This document shows, in pieces, positions 38,423-51,899 of a DNA stretch of 64,000 nt. The position numbers and the translations under genes are program-made. The notes under the pieces are model-generated. The model searched no databases and was not told the origin of the DNA. It was given only the letters and a program-made list of their open reading frames with translations. This DNA is from Mobula hypostoma (taxonomy: Eukaryota). Each line of letters opens with the position of its first letter. The first letter of the stretch is position 1. The DNA is taken from positions 245,460,001-245,524,000 of the forward strand of contig NC_086097.1 of NCBI RefSeq assembly GCF_963921235.1, in the 5' to 3' direction.

Positions 38423-39982
38423 ATGTCCATTCAGAAACCAGATGGCAGAGGGGAAGAAGTTGTTCCTCAATCACTGAGTGTGTGTCTTCAGGCTCCTGTA
38501 CCTCCTCCCTGAGGGTAGCAATGAGAAGAGGGCACGTCCTGGGTGGTGAGGGTCCTTAATGATGGATACCACCTGTTCGAGGCACCGCTCCTTGAAGATG
38601 TCCTGGATGCTGGGGAGAATAGTGCCCTTGATGGAGATGCTTATTTCGATTCAGTGCACTCCATACCAGTCGGTGATGCAGCCAGTTGGAATGCTCTCCA
38701 TGGTACATCTGTAGAAACTTGTGAGTGATGAAGAATAAAGAATTATATAAAAATAATTGGTACAGTAGGGAATAAAATGTGTATAAATACATAAATACCA
38801 TTCTGTATTTAGGATGTAAACAGCTTTATAGACAGTGGTTTAAAGTGTTTACAGCTCAATGCAGTGACGGGGCACTGGATGCGCACAAGGGAGCGGCTAA
38901 CTAGAATGGTTGATCAGATTAACTGCCTGAGGGAGGAAACTTTTAAACTTCTACATGTACTTCACATTAGCAAGGGGTTTCTTTCAGAATGTCCCCAGTT
39001 TTCGTTTCCTGAAAATTTGTACTATTCCGATTGGTTCAACCGGTTAGTAACGGTTGACCTCCTAGCCAGTCGCTAATAGGAACAAGGACCTGTGCCTCTA
39101 TCTCTGAAATGCCTTAGAGGAGTTGTTGAGGGTGAATGGGTTTATTGTCTACCCTTTGAGCTACTGTGTATGTACTTAACGCTGTGGATGAGCACAGTTC
39201 CCATTGCAATCTATACAAACACTCCCGCGTGGACAATATGCTCTTGAAGTAAGGGATATTTTTATAAGAGTTACTATTTTTAGACGTGTCAACAGCCTTT
39301 GTTAAAAGTGGGAACCCGGGTTAATCTGAAGTAGCAGTCAACAAAGAAAGTGCCGAATACATTGTCACCTCCTCTGGCAAATGATTAACGTTTCATTGTT
39401 TAGATAAGGCCAGGGCATCTCAGAGGCTGCTAACAAGCTCTAATTACATTCTTTACACCATGGAGCTACTATATATGCTTTTATGCTCCTGATGAACATC
39501 TCTAAATCAGATAAATAATATGTTGTTGCTTGGAAAATTTGGAAGAATGTTGCTGTTTTTATCAGAATTCAAGAGTTCTCTGTGCTGCCAACACATAAGA
39601 AATGTTGGAGCAATGCTTGTGGCTGGAAGCATTGACTGTTTATTCCTCTCCATGGACGCTGCCTAACCTGCTGAGTTATAATCATAGGGTACTGTACTAC
39701 AATACAGATGATATCGCCCTTTGGCCCATCTAGTCTGTGTCGAACTATTCCTATTGACCTGCACCTGGAACGTTGACCTCCAACCCTCGATGTACCTGTC
39801 CACATTTCTCTCGGAATCAAACCCACATCCACCACTTTGCCTGGGAAATATATATGGAAAATAAAGTTGATCCTTGATCCTAATCAGCCATTCTAGTCTT
39901 ATATCTCTCATCACGTCCCAGCTCCTGTATTCAATGCCGTGACAATCTCTGTCTACCCATTCGCCCACAGGAGCTGCAATGT

Positions 39983-40073
39983 AACACACACAAAATGCTG
40001 CCTGGCCTGCTGCGTTCCGCCAGCATTTTGTGTGTGTTGCTTGAATTTCCAGCATCTGCAAATTTCCTTGTGA
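39983..40073. mobile_element. Very short Penelope-derived fold-back element
   Basis: AACACACACAAAATGCTG (39983-40000) inverted with CAGCATTTTGTGTGTGTT (40021-40038); TSD GAGCTGCAATGT at 39971-39982 and 40074-40085. Confidence 0.85.
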
Positions 40074-41092
40074 GAGCTGCAATGTTCTCCTTTTCCATTT
40101 TCCTTACCATTACCAGACCCACAAACATTTTTTTTTCCCGGTTGTTTACCTGCTTCTGATTTAGCTTAAGGCCTTTTGTGCTTGTTTTATGGTCTCCTCT
40201 ACACGGGAGAAACCATGCATAGATTACATTACTGCTTAAAGGAGCAGCTTGGCTTCAAGGCAACTGTGAGTTTCCATTTAACTGTCAGTTTAATTTTCCT
40301 ACCCTCCTCCAACTCTGATTACTGTCTTTGGTCGCCTACACTGGCCCAGTGAGCTCAACATCATCTCATCTTTCAGTACTCAGTAGTCAATAATTTTGTA
40401 TCACCAGCCATTCTAGTCCCATTTCCCGCATTTCTGGCATTTCAGTTGTCTCTGGTGTGTCATAGCACATAGAATATAGAACATTACGGCCCACAATGGT
40501 ATGCTGATCTTTTAGCCACCTCTAAGATCAATCTGACCTTTTCCACCCACATAAGCCTCCATTTTTCTATCACCCACATGTCTTTCTAAGAGTTTCTTAC
40601 ATGTATCTGCCTCTACCACCACCCCTGGCAGAGTGTTCCACACACCCACAATCCTCTGTGTACCTGTCTCTGACATTGCCCTTACACTCTCCTCCAATCA
40701 CCTTAAAATTATGCTCCCTGGTATTCCGCCCTGGGAGTCGATCTATACCTCCTATCAAGCTTTTTGTTCATTACTGCCTATATCATTACGGATATTACCC
40801 ACCCTGCAAACTGCCTTTTACAAAAGCTCCCTCGCGGAATGGATACAGGGTTATTAAAACAAAAATCTGATCAACCATTGTAGCTACCCGCCCCCCCCAA
40901 CCCCTCTATCTGTTATCCCTGCACTGCACTGTAAACACTTTAAACTACTTTTTGTAATGCTGTTTACATTGTAAATACATGCTGGTATTTATGCAATTTT
41001 CAAAGATTCCAAGGTTAATTTTATTGTCAAAGTATGCATGTACGATACAAATCAGATATCTATCTTCTCCAGATAGCTGTGAAATACAGAAA

Positions 41093-42180
41093 AAACATAG
41101 AAACATAGAAAATAGGTGCAGGAGTAGGCCATTCGGCCCTTCGAGACTGCACCACCATTCGGTATGATCATGGCTGATCATCCAACTCAGAACCCTGTAC
41201 CTGCCTTCCCTCCATACCCCCGATCCCTTTAGCCACAAGGGCCATATCTAACTCCCTCTTAAATATAGCCAATGAACTGGCCTCAACTGTTTCCTGTGGC
41301 AGAGAATTCCACAGATTCACCACTCTCTGTGTGAAGAAGTTTTTCCTAATCTCGGTCCTAAAAGGCTTCCCCTTTATCCTCAAACTGTGACCCCTCGTTC
41401 TGGACTTGCCAACATCGGTAACAATCTTCCTGCATCTAGCCTGTCCAATCCCTTTAGGATTTTATACGTTTCAATCAGATCCCCCCTCAATCTTCTAAAT
41501 TCCAACGAGTATAAGCCTAGTCGATCCAGTCTTTCATCATATGAAAGTCCTGCCATCACAGGAATCAAACTGGTGAACCTTCTTCGTACTCCCTCTATGG
41601 CAAGAATGTCTTTCCTCAAAACTGCACACAATACTCCAGGTGTGGTCTCACCAAGGCCTTGTACAACTGCAGTAGTACCTCCCTGCTCCTGTACTCGAAT
41701 CCTCTTGCTATGAATGCCAGCATACCATTCGCCTTTTTCACCGCCTGCTGTACCTGCATGCCCACTTTCAATGACTGGTGTATAATGATACCCAGGTCTC
41801 GTTGCACCTCCCCTTTTCCTAATCGGCCACCATTCAGATAATAATCTGTTTTCCTGTTTTTGCCACCAAAGTGGATAACCTCACATTTATCCACATTAAA
41901 TTGCATCTGCCATGAATTTGCCCACTCACCTAACCTATCCAAGTCACCCTGCATCCTCTTAGCATCCTCCTCACAGCTAACACTGCCGCCCAGCTTCGTG
42001 TCATCCGCAAACTTGGAGATGCTGCATTTAATTCCCTCGTCTAAGTCATTAATATATATTTGTAAACAACTGGGGTCCCAACACTGAGCCTTGCGGTACC
42101 CCACTAGTCATTGCCTGCCATTCTGAAAAGGTCCCGTTTATTCCCACGCTTTGCTTCTTGTCTGCCAACCAATTCTCTAT
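41093..42180 (-). mobile_element. Young CR1 fragment with RT domain
   Basis: YINDLDEGIKCSISKFADDTKLGG...WQMQFNVDKC; (CATAGAAA)n tail. Confidence 0.95.
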
Positions 42181-42345
42181 GTTCTCTTGACATGTGAGTC
42201 ATTGAAAGAAAAGCCGTTAACCCACCTCCCCACATGAAAGGAAAAAGAAACAAAACTCGCAAACCCCCATACCTCCATCCATTCCCTTGCGCAAAAAAAA
42301 TTAACAGAACTGCCCACACGAAAAACGGCTGCTGGAACAGCAAGT

Positions 42346-42681
42346 ATACAAGATAATAAGAGGAATAGATAGAGTGGACAGCCAGGACCTCTTCCCCAGG
42401 GCACCACTGCTCAATACAAGAGGACATGGCTTTAAGGTAAGGGGTGGGAAGTTCAAGGGGGATATTAGAGGAAGATTTTTTACTCAGAGAGTGGTTGGTG
42501 CGTGGAATGCACTCCCTGAGTCAGTGGTGGAGGCAGATACACTAGTGAAGTTTAAGAGACTACTAGACAGGTATATGGAGGAATTTAAGGTGGGGGCTTA
42601 TGTGGGAGGCAGGGTTTGAGGGTCGGCACAACATTGTGGGGCGAAGGGCCTGTACTGTGCTGTATTATTCTATGTTCTATG
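42346..42681 (+). mobile_element. Young CR1 3' fragment
   Basis: LFPRAPLLNTRGHGFKVRGGKFKGDIRGRFFTQRVV; (TTCTATG)n tail. Confidence 0.92.
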
Positions 42682-43859
42682 TTAACACCAAACCCCAAAC
42701 TCCCCAACCTCTCCTTCACACAAAAAAATAACAACAGATCACCCATTCAGAGATGGCAGCCAGAACATTAAAAACTCGAAACTCCCAACCCTCTCCCTTA
42801 CAAAAGAAACGGCAACAACAACATCAAACCCTCGACTCCTTCCCCGCAAAAAAAGAACAGCGCCAACAGCACCAAACCCCCAAACCCCTCTCCCACAGAC
42901 AAAGACCAAGAGGTTGTCCACACAGAAAATCCAACAAGAGCATCAGACCCCGAATCCTCAACCGCTCCCTCGCACAAAAACCAACACATTGTCCACCCAG
43001 AACCCCAACCCACCAATCGGCAATAAGAAAGAAAACTCAGAAAACTGGAGGGGAGCAGTATAAACTACAGTCTAATAATCACTCAGATCTCAGAATTTTG
43101 AAACCATCCTCCCGTCAGCATTGAGGAGGGCAGTTGCTCGAACTCAGTCCTTCCGCAAAGAGTGACCACTACACTGTTGACCTACAGCATTCTGACCGCC
43201 ATGTCACTGACCTGTGGCCTTCCGAACGCCACCGACCTGCCTACCAACAGCTGTCGACCTCTGACCTCCTCCATATTCGCCTTGACGCTTCATTCTTCCT
43301 CGACGCTTCGAAATGGAGTCAATCTTGGCCCCTGTGACCCCTCTCAGGTCCTCTGCACGAGGTAGCCTGCGCTCGCAGTCCTCTTCAGGGACAACAGAGC
43401 ACTAGGTTGCTCGATTGAACTTCAAACTGTACTTCACAGACTCCAGCAGTCTCCGAAACACAATGAAACAAAAAGAACAGGCAGAAGGTGTAGAAAAAGT
43501 GAAATAATTGAAGAGATTGGCTATCTGAAAGATGTCGCCCAAGTATGTTCTTTATAATTATTGAATGTTGTTGTATGTTGTGCTCTGACCAACACATCAC
43601 AGCAAATTCCTAACACATGTAAATAGTTGTAGAAACATAGAGCACTACAGCACAGAAACAGATGCTTTGGTCCTTTAAGTCCATGCTGAACTGTTAACCT
43701 GACCAGTCCCATTGACCCACACAAGGACTATACCCCTACCATCCATGTACTTATCCTAACACCTCTTAGAAGTTAAAATCCAACTCACATCTACCACTTG
43801 GTAAGTAAAGTTGCTCCTTGATCCTAAATCAAAGTTCAAAATAAGCCCCTGCTTCACTC

Positions 43860-44295
43860 AACACACATAAAAATTGCTGGTGAACACAGCAGGCCAGGCA
43901 GCATCTATAGGAAGAGGTGCAGTTGATGTTTCGGGCCGAGACCCTTCGCCAGTCCTGATGAAGTGTCTCGGCCCGAAACGTCAACTGTACCTCTTCCTAT
44001 AGACGCAAACAACAGGAATTCTGCAGATGCTGGAAATTCAAGCAACACACATCAAAGTTGCTGGTGAACGCAGCAGGCCAGGCAGCATCTATAGGAAGAG
44101 GCGCAGTCGACGTTTCAGGGTCTCGGCCTGAAACGTCGACTGCGCCTCTTCCTATAGATGCTGCTTGGCCTGCTGCGTTCACCAGCAACTTTGATGTGTG
44201 TTGCTCTTCCTATAGATACTGCTTGGCCTGCTGCGTTCATCAGCAATTTTTATGTGTGTTGCTTGAAATTCCAGCATCTGCAGATTTCCTCGTGT
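43860..44295. mobile_element. Two nested Penelope-derived fold-back elements
   Basis: Inner copy 44004-44203 flanked by CTCTTCCTATAGA (43991-44003, 44204-44216); outer copy flanked by CCCTGCTT(C/T)ACTC (43847-43859, 44296-44308). Confidence 0.88.
43950..43987 (+). ncRNA. Hammerhead motif, slightly degenerate
   Basis: CAGTC-CTGATGA-A-GTGTCTCGGCCC-GAAAC-GTC-AACTG: core intact, one mismatch in stem I and one in stem II. Confidence 0.6.
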
Positions 44296-45149
44296 CCCTG
44301 CTTTACTCGCTTTACACGTATGACTGTGTGGCTAAGCATGGTTCCAATAGCATATTCAAGTTTGCTGATGAGGCCACTGTCGTAGACTGAATCAGAGGTG
44401 GTGATGAATCAGCATATAGGAGGGAGATTGAAAATCTGGCCGAGTGGTGCCACAAAAACATCTCACTCTGCGTCAGCAAGACCAAAGAATTGATTAATGA
44501 TTCAGGAGGAGGAAGCCAGAGGTCCACGAGCCAGTCCTCATCGGGGGATCAGAGGTGGAGAGGGTCGGCAAAATGGTGTTATCATTTTGGAGGTGCTGTC
44601 CTGGGTCCAACACGCAAGTTGCAGTTGTGCATTGATTTACAGCAACCATCGATCAAGTTCAATTCCGCCACTGTCTGCAGGGAGTTGGTGCGTTCTCCTC
44701 ATGACTGTGTGGGTTTCCTCCATGTGCCTGGATTCCTTTCACATCCCAAAGACGTGGATTAGGGTTAGTGATTTGTGGGCATGCTATGTTGGCGTCAGAA
44801 GCATGGCGACACTTGTGGGCTGCCCCCAGCACAATCCTTGGTCTGTGTTGTTATTAAATAAATACTTAACACAAATCAGCTCGGTTAAGGGCCCTTAGCA
44901 CCCAGGGCACGCCCTCTTCTAATTACTACCATCAGGAAGGAGGTATACAGGAGCCTGAGGACATATACTCAACTATACAGGAACAGTTTCTTCTCCTCTG
45001 CCATCAGATTTCGGAATGGTCCATGAGCACTCCCATTCCTCTGTAACACACAGAATGCAGCAGGAACTAGGAGATCAGGCAGCATCTATGGCGGGGAGTA
45101 AAGCGCTGGCGTTTCAGCGGTGTTTTGTGTGTGTTACTTGTAATTCTAT

Positions 45150-45519
45150 GCTTAGCGAGGTGAGATATGTCTCTACCAAGGGAGGTGTAAGGTGCCCCTT
45201 CCCTCTGCTAGCCTGCGGGTCACCCTTGGGCAAGGTGTAGCACCTGCTTATCCCCCCCTCCCATTCAGAGTCACATGGAACCATGGGAGTAGGTGGTGGA
45301 TGGTGCACATCACAAATCCTGATTATGTGACCACTAACACCAGGCACACAATCTCTGAAGAGCATTGATCATGGCTGGGGGTCACCCATCTTGTAAAGAC
45401 ACTCCCCAGAAGAAGGCAATGGCAAACCACTTTTGTAGAAAAAAATTGACGTACAATCATGGTCAAGACTACGATCACCTATGTCATATGACACGGCACA
45501 GACTGATGATCATAATGAT
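45150..45519 (+). mobile_element. RTE-related SINE or non-autonomous element; second copy about 47898-48200
   Basis: AGAAGAAGGCAATGGCAAACCACT resembles the Bov-A/Sauria-SINE RTE motif; (GAT)n-like tail; two copies in the window. Confidence 0.72.
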
Positions 45520-46974
45520 TCCTCTTTCTCTCTGTCTATCTGTTCATCTGTCAATATATGTGGATTTAGGGTGGAAGGAGAAATATTTAAGGGGAATCTG
45601 AGGAGGTGTTTCTTCACTCAGAGGGTGGTGTGAGTGTGGAATGAGTTGACAGTGGAATTGGTGGATGTGGGTTTGATTGGAACATGAAAGAGAAGTCTGG
45701 ATAAGAGCACAGATGGGAGAGATGTGGATGGCTATGTTCTGAGTGTATATCGATGGGACTAGACAGTAAAACAGGTTGACACAGACTAGCTGGCCTATTT
45801 CGGTGCTGTAGTGCTCTATGACTCGAAGTAATTGAAAGATTTAAGTTGACTTTTCACAGTCAAGAACCTTACTGGCAAGCAAATTGCTTACACTAGCCAT
45901 GAATGATTCAGTGAGTTAATATGTGGATTATGTGTAATCTTCTACCTTGATCTTCACTGCATTTTACCTTTAATGTGTTTCAGAAAAGATAGAATCAAAA
46001 TTATTTCAAACAATCCTTCAGCTGAAATGGCGATTATCAGATGAGAAGATCACACCTTGCTAACCAATATTGAGAGAGTTTCAGGCACAATTTTATGCTT
46101 CCTCATTATCCGTTGCTGGTGTGTCCTGCTCTTGCCTGTTGCTTCTGGAAAACAGCAGCACAGTATAGGCCCTTCGGCCTGCAATGTTTATTTTATTTTT
46201 TACTTAGAGATACAGCATGGAACAGGCCCTTTTCGGCCCAGCGAAGTGCACTGCCCAGCAACCCCCCCATTTAACACTAGACTAATTTAAAATGACCAAT
46301 TAACCTACTAACTGGTACGCCTTTGGACTTTGGGATGAAACTGGAGCACCCACACGGCTCACAGGAAGGACGTACAAATTTCTTACGGAAGACACTGGAA
46401 ATGAACTTTGAACTCCGACACCCCGAGTGACACACTAACCACTACACGACCGAGGTGCCCTAAAATGGCATAACTTATTTTTGGATTGAGGGAACCAGCT
46501 GGATTGCTAATTAAAGATTAGTTTTACTTGTCCCATGTGCATTGAAACATACAATGAAATGTGTTAATGAACGACACAGTCCGAGAATGTGCTGACGGCA
46601 TATTGCCTCCAGCGTGAATATAGTATGCCCTCAAATTAATAACCCATATGTCTTTGGAACATGGGAGGAAACCAGAGCACCTGGGGAAACCCACACAGTC
46701 ACAGGGGAGAACATAAAAACTTAGATTGTTCATATACTTAGGTTAACAATACAGTGGGGAGGTCCATTGCCATAAGCAGTGGCCACCTTTCTAGTACTGG
46801 GTAGGGCCCTCCTTTGGCCCAGGAATAGCCTGAATTCTTCGTGGCATTGATTCAACAAGGTGCTGGAAATATTTCTCGGAGATTTTGGTCCATGTTGACA
46901 TGACAGCATCAGGCTGTTCCTGGAGATTTGTTGCCTGCACATCGTTGTGAACCTCCTGTTCCACCACATTCCAA

Positions 46975-47785
46975 AGTTCAAAGTAAATTTATTATTAAAT
47001 TACAGATATGTCATCATATACAGCCCCGAGATTCGTTTTCTTGTGGACATGCACAATAAATCCAATAAACACAATAGAATAAATGTAAAACAGCACCCAA
47101 CAGGATGCACAGACATCCAACGTGCAAAAGACAACAAATTGTGCAAATATAAAAGACAAAAAATAATAATTCTTTTAATAAATAAGCAATAAATATCAAG
47201 AACATGAGATGAACAATCCTTGCAAGTAAGTCCATAGGTTGTGGGAACAGTTCAGTGATGGGGCGAGTGAAGTCGAGTGAGGTTCTCCCCTCTGATTCAA
47301 GAGCCTGATGGTTGAGGGGTATAACTGTTCCTGAGCCTGATGGTTGAGGGGAATAACCGTTCATGAACCTGATGGTTGAGGGGAATAACCGTTCACGAAC
47401 CTGATGGTTGAAGGGTATAACCGTTCCTGAACCTGATGGTTGGGGGGTATAACCGTTCTTGAACCTGATGGTTGAGGGGTATAACTGTTCCTGAGCCTGA
47501 TGGTTGAGGGGTTTAACTGCTCCTGAACCTGATGGTGTGAGTCCGTACTGATGATGGCAGCAGCAAGAAGAGGGCATGACTTGGGTGGTGGGGGTCCCTG
47601 ATGATGGATGCTGCTTTCCTGCGACAACGCTTCATATAGGTGTGCTCAATGGTGAGGAGGCTTTTACCTTTGATGGACTGGGCCGTATCCACTATGTTTT
47701 GTAGGATTTTCCTTTCAAGGGCATTGGTGTTTGTATATGAGACCCTGATGCAGCCAGTCAATATACTCTCGACCACACACCTATT
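46975..47785 (-). mobile_element. Rex1/Babar LINE 3' fragment containing a minisatellite
   Basis: ESILTGCI...RKAASIIRDPHHPSHALF, family 3' UTR and (TTCAAAG) tail. Confidence 0.85.
47303..47536. repeat. 32-bp minisatellite, 7 full units plus a partial unit
   Basis: Unit (G/A)CCTGATGGTTGAGGGGTATAACTGTTCCTGA repeated head to tail from 47303 to 47526, no spacers. Confidence 0.95.
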
Positions 47786-50700
47786 GGTTTGAGGTCAGGT
47801 AACCGTGGAGGCCATTGAGGTACACTGATCTCATTGTCATGTTGGTGGAACCAGCTGGTGATGACGTGTGCTTTGTGACATGGCACATAATCCAGCTGCA
47901 AGGTGTAACACCTGCTTAGTGCGCACCCCACCCCCGACCAGGGTCACGTGAAGCCATGGGAGCAGGTGGTGGACGGTTGTATGAGCGGCTGGTGCATATC
48001 ACAAGTCCTGATTATGCGGCCACTGACGTCAGGCAGACAATCTCTGAAGAGCATTGATAATGGCTGGGGTTACCCATCTTGTAAAGACACTGCCCAGAAG
48101 CTGGCAATGGAAAACCACTTCTATGGAAAAAAATGCCAAGAACAATCATGGTCAAGAGACCATGATCGCCTACTTCATACAACATGGCACGTGATGATGA
48201 GACTGTGGCCACGAAGGGATTCACATGGTCAGCCACAATACTCAGGATGACTGTGGCATTTAAACGATGCTCGGCTGGTACCAAAGGGCCTAATGTGTGC
48301 CAAGGAAACGTTCTCCACACCACTACACCACCACCAGCCTGAACCGTTTAACGTAAGGCAAGTTGGATCCATGGATTCATGTTGCTTACGCAAAATTCTA
48401 ACCTTACCATCAAAGAAATTCCTCCTCATCCCTGTTCTAAAAGGACGTCCTTCTATTCTGAGGTTCTGCCTTCTGATCCTCGACTCTCCCACTAAAGGAA
48501 GCATCCTCCCCATCTTGCATCGATTTAACATCCATTTAAGAAAAGAGTTATTTTTTTTATTTTTAGAGGGCCTTTTAAAAACATAAGATGTTCTAAACCA
48601 TTGTATGGCCAAAGAAATATTGCTTGATATATACCCACTGTGGTAATGTAGGAAACATAGCAGACAATTTGTCATTCTGAAGTCCATAAATGTCACTACT
48701 AAATTGCCAAGATTTGTTTCATCTGCAAACTTTATAATGTAGTTCTTTGCATCTGGGTTTAGGATATTCATAAAAATATTGGAATTTGTGTTTCCAAAAT
48801 TGGTATCATTAGTGTTCCTGCTTTCCTGAGACTATAATCTATACCAAAACTGTACATTTCAGATGTGCAAATAAAAAAAATGACCAAAATGTCATACTGA
48901 GATTGCACAACATTCAATATTTATCTAAACTGAGAATGTCAAACCCTAGGAATACAATTGTATCAGCGTGAATTAATCAGTCTGATGGCCTGGTGGAAGA
49001 AGCTATCTCGGAGCATGTTATTCCTGGCTTTTATGGTACCATTTCCTGGATGGTAACAGCTGGAACGGTCTGTGGTTGGGGTGACTAGGGTGCGAAGAGG
49101 TCATGTTGAAGTCTTCTTACTTGTCAAGGAAAGATAAAGTTTGTTTAAAAGGGAAATGGCTCTGGAATTATCCTGATTATGAGGTTGCTTAAATATACAA
49201 AGCCAGATTTTTAACATGAGATAGAATATTAATGCTTTGATTATATATTACCCTGAGATTCATTTTTTTGCAAAGACGTGCAATAGAATTTTAGAGAAAA
49301 TTTACAAGGATGTTGCCGGATCTAGAGGACCTGAGTTATAAGGGAAGATTAAATAGGTTAGACTTTAATTGTTAGAACGTAGAAGAATGAGGGGAGATTT
49401 GATAGAGGTATACAAGATTATGAGGGGTATAGATAGGGTGAACTCAAGCAGGCTTTTTCCACTGAGGTTGGGTGGGACTGTAACTAGAGGTCATCAGTTA
49501 AGGGTGAAAGGTGAAAAATTTAAGGGGAACATGAGGGGAAACTTCTTCACTCAGAGGGTTGTGAGAGTGTGGAATGAGCTGCCAGCACAAGTGGTGCATG
49601 TGAGCTCGATTTTAACATTTAACAGAAGTTTGGATAGGTACATAGATGGTAGGGGTATGGAGGGCTGTGGTCCGGGTGCATGTTGATGGAACTAGGCAGT
49701 TTAAATGGTTTGACATGGATTAGATGGGCCAAAGGTCCTGTTTCTGTGTTGTACTTTCCTATGACTCTATGTTGCTAGTTAATGAAAACCTAATCACAAA
49801 GACTGACAAACAACCAATGTGCAAAAGAAGACAAACTGTGCAAATAATAAAATGAAATAATACTGAGAACATGAGATGTTGAGTCTGTGAAAGTTAGTCC
49901 ATAAATTGTGATTCCATAGGGAATGAATTCAGAGTTGGATGAGTGGTGTTATCCACACTCGTTCGGGACTTTGATGGTTGATGTATTTGGGAGTGTTCCT
50001 GAACCTTGTGGTGTGGGACCTAAGGCTTCTGTACCTTCTCCCTAATGGCAACTGAGTGAAGAGAGCCTGGATGGTGGAGATAACAAATGGTTGCTTTTGG
50101 AAAGTCACATTATGGATAACGAAACTTATATTTGGGAAACAACTCCAATGTAAAAAGACATGAGCAAACGATGACAAAATGATGCCGGGTTTATCACATG
50201 GTGTGGGAGTGTGGCGACTCTTTATAATCTGCCTTCTGCTGAGCCACTCATTACCTCTATTATAAGACCATAAGACATAGGAGCAGAATTAGGACACCTG
50301 GCCCATTGAGTCTGCTCTGCCATTCCATCGTTCTTCTCAACCCCATTTTCCTACCTTCTCCCTGTAACCTTTGGTGCCCTGACTAACTGAGACTGAGGCT
50401 GTGGGCCTGCTTTGGCTGCTCTGGGTTTCGTCGCTCTAGACTCACTTTCATTCTAAATAAAATTTGCTTACTTTTATTGTTTGCATGATATGCTTTTTTT
50501 TTAACCTCTCTCTGCACATTGGGTGCTTGTTGGGTTTAATTTAATGGGTTCTTTAGGGTTTCTTTGTTTTGTGGCTGCCTGTAAGGAGACGAAACTCAAG
50601 GTTGTGTAATGCATACATTCTTTGATTATAAATGTACTTTGACTTTTGAACCAAGAACCTATCAACCTCCACTTAAAATATACTCAATGACTAAGTCTGT

Positions 50701-51899
50701 GGCAATGAGTTCCACAGATTCACCACCTTCTAGCTAAAGACGTTACTCCTCATCTCTGTTCTAAATGGACTTCCCTCTATTCTGAAATTGTCCTCTGGTG
50801 CTAGACTCTGCCACTATAGGAAACTTCCTTTCCAATCCTCTCTATCTAGGCCTTTCAATACTTGGTGGGTTTCATCGAGATCCTCCAGCATTCAAGAGCC
50901 AGAAGGGCCTGTTAATCCCTGTATAAACATAAAGATTGCCAAGGAAACGGAAATACTTGTCCTGCATAATCTCTGTCCTTTTGTGATACCCCTTGTGTGT
51001 TTATGATCCTTACCGTACTTGTTCATTAGTCAGGGTTGTTGAAATCTGAAAGGAGGTTACTCAGAAGTGCCTTATTTTTACTGTATCATGCTTTTGGGGG
51101 TTAAAAATGTTGTGTGGTGAGCTGGGATAAGGAATGAACTTAATCCAAGTTAATTGCAGCGTTGCCATTTCATTGAAAGCACCAAATCCACTAACAGAAA
51201 ATAGTAATCATTATCAGTTTCAAAGTTCAAAGCAAAATTTACTATCAGAGTGCATACATGTCACCACATACAACCCTGAGAGTCTTTTTCCTGCGGGCAT
51301 ACTCGGCAAATCTGCAGAATAGTAACTATAAACAGGTTCGATGAAAGAACAGGAGCACAGAAGACAACAAACTGTGCATATGCACAATAACTAAATAGCA
51401 ATAAATAATGAGCGCATGAAATAACAGGATAAAGAGTCCCTAAAGTGAGATAATTGGTTATGGGATCACTCAATGTAAGAGCCTGATGGTTGAGGGTAGT
51501 AAGTGTTATTGAACCTGTTGGTGTGAGTCCTGAGGCTCCTGTACCTTCTGCCATCAGAAAGGAGCATGGCCTGGGTGGGAGGACCTTTGATGATGGGTGC
51601 TGCTTTCCTATGACAGTGTTTCAAGTAGATGTGCTCAGTGATTGGGAGGGCTTTACCTGTGATGTACTGGGCTGAGTCCACTACCTTTTGTAGGATTTTC
51701 CATTCAAGGGCATTGGTGTTCCCATACCAGGCCACAATGCAGCCAGTTCCACTCCACATCTATCGAAGTTTGTCAAAGTTTTCAATGTCGTGCCGAGTCT
51801 CCGCAGACTCCTCAGGAAGCAGAGGTAGTGATAGTGTCTCCCAGGCAAACATTCCCTGAAGTTCACTCAGCCAGCTCCAAGAGTTTTGAGAAGATTTGG

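Noticed and set aside
47303..47536. CRISPR-like array of 32-bp repeats
   Set aside because: Units are contiguous with no unique spacers, derive from a LINE, and the context is vertebrate with no cas genes.
47014..47577. 187-aa ORF with PQPSGSGTVIP repeats
   Set aside because: Artefact of the 32-bp minisatellite in a LINE fragment.
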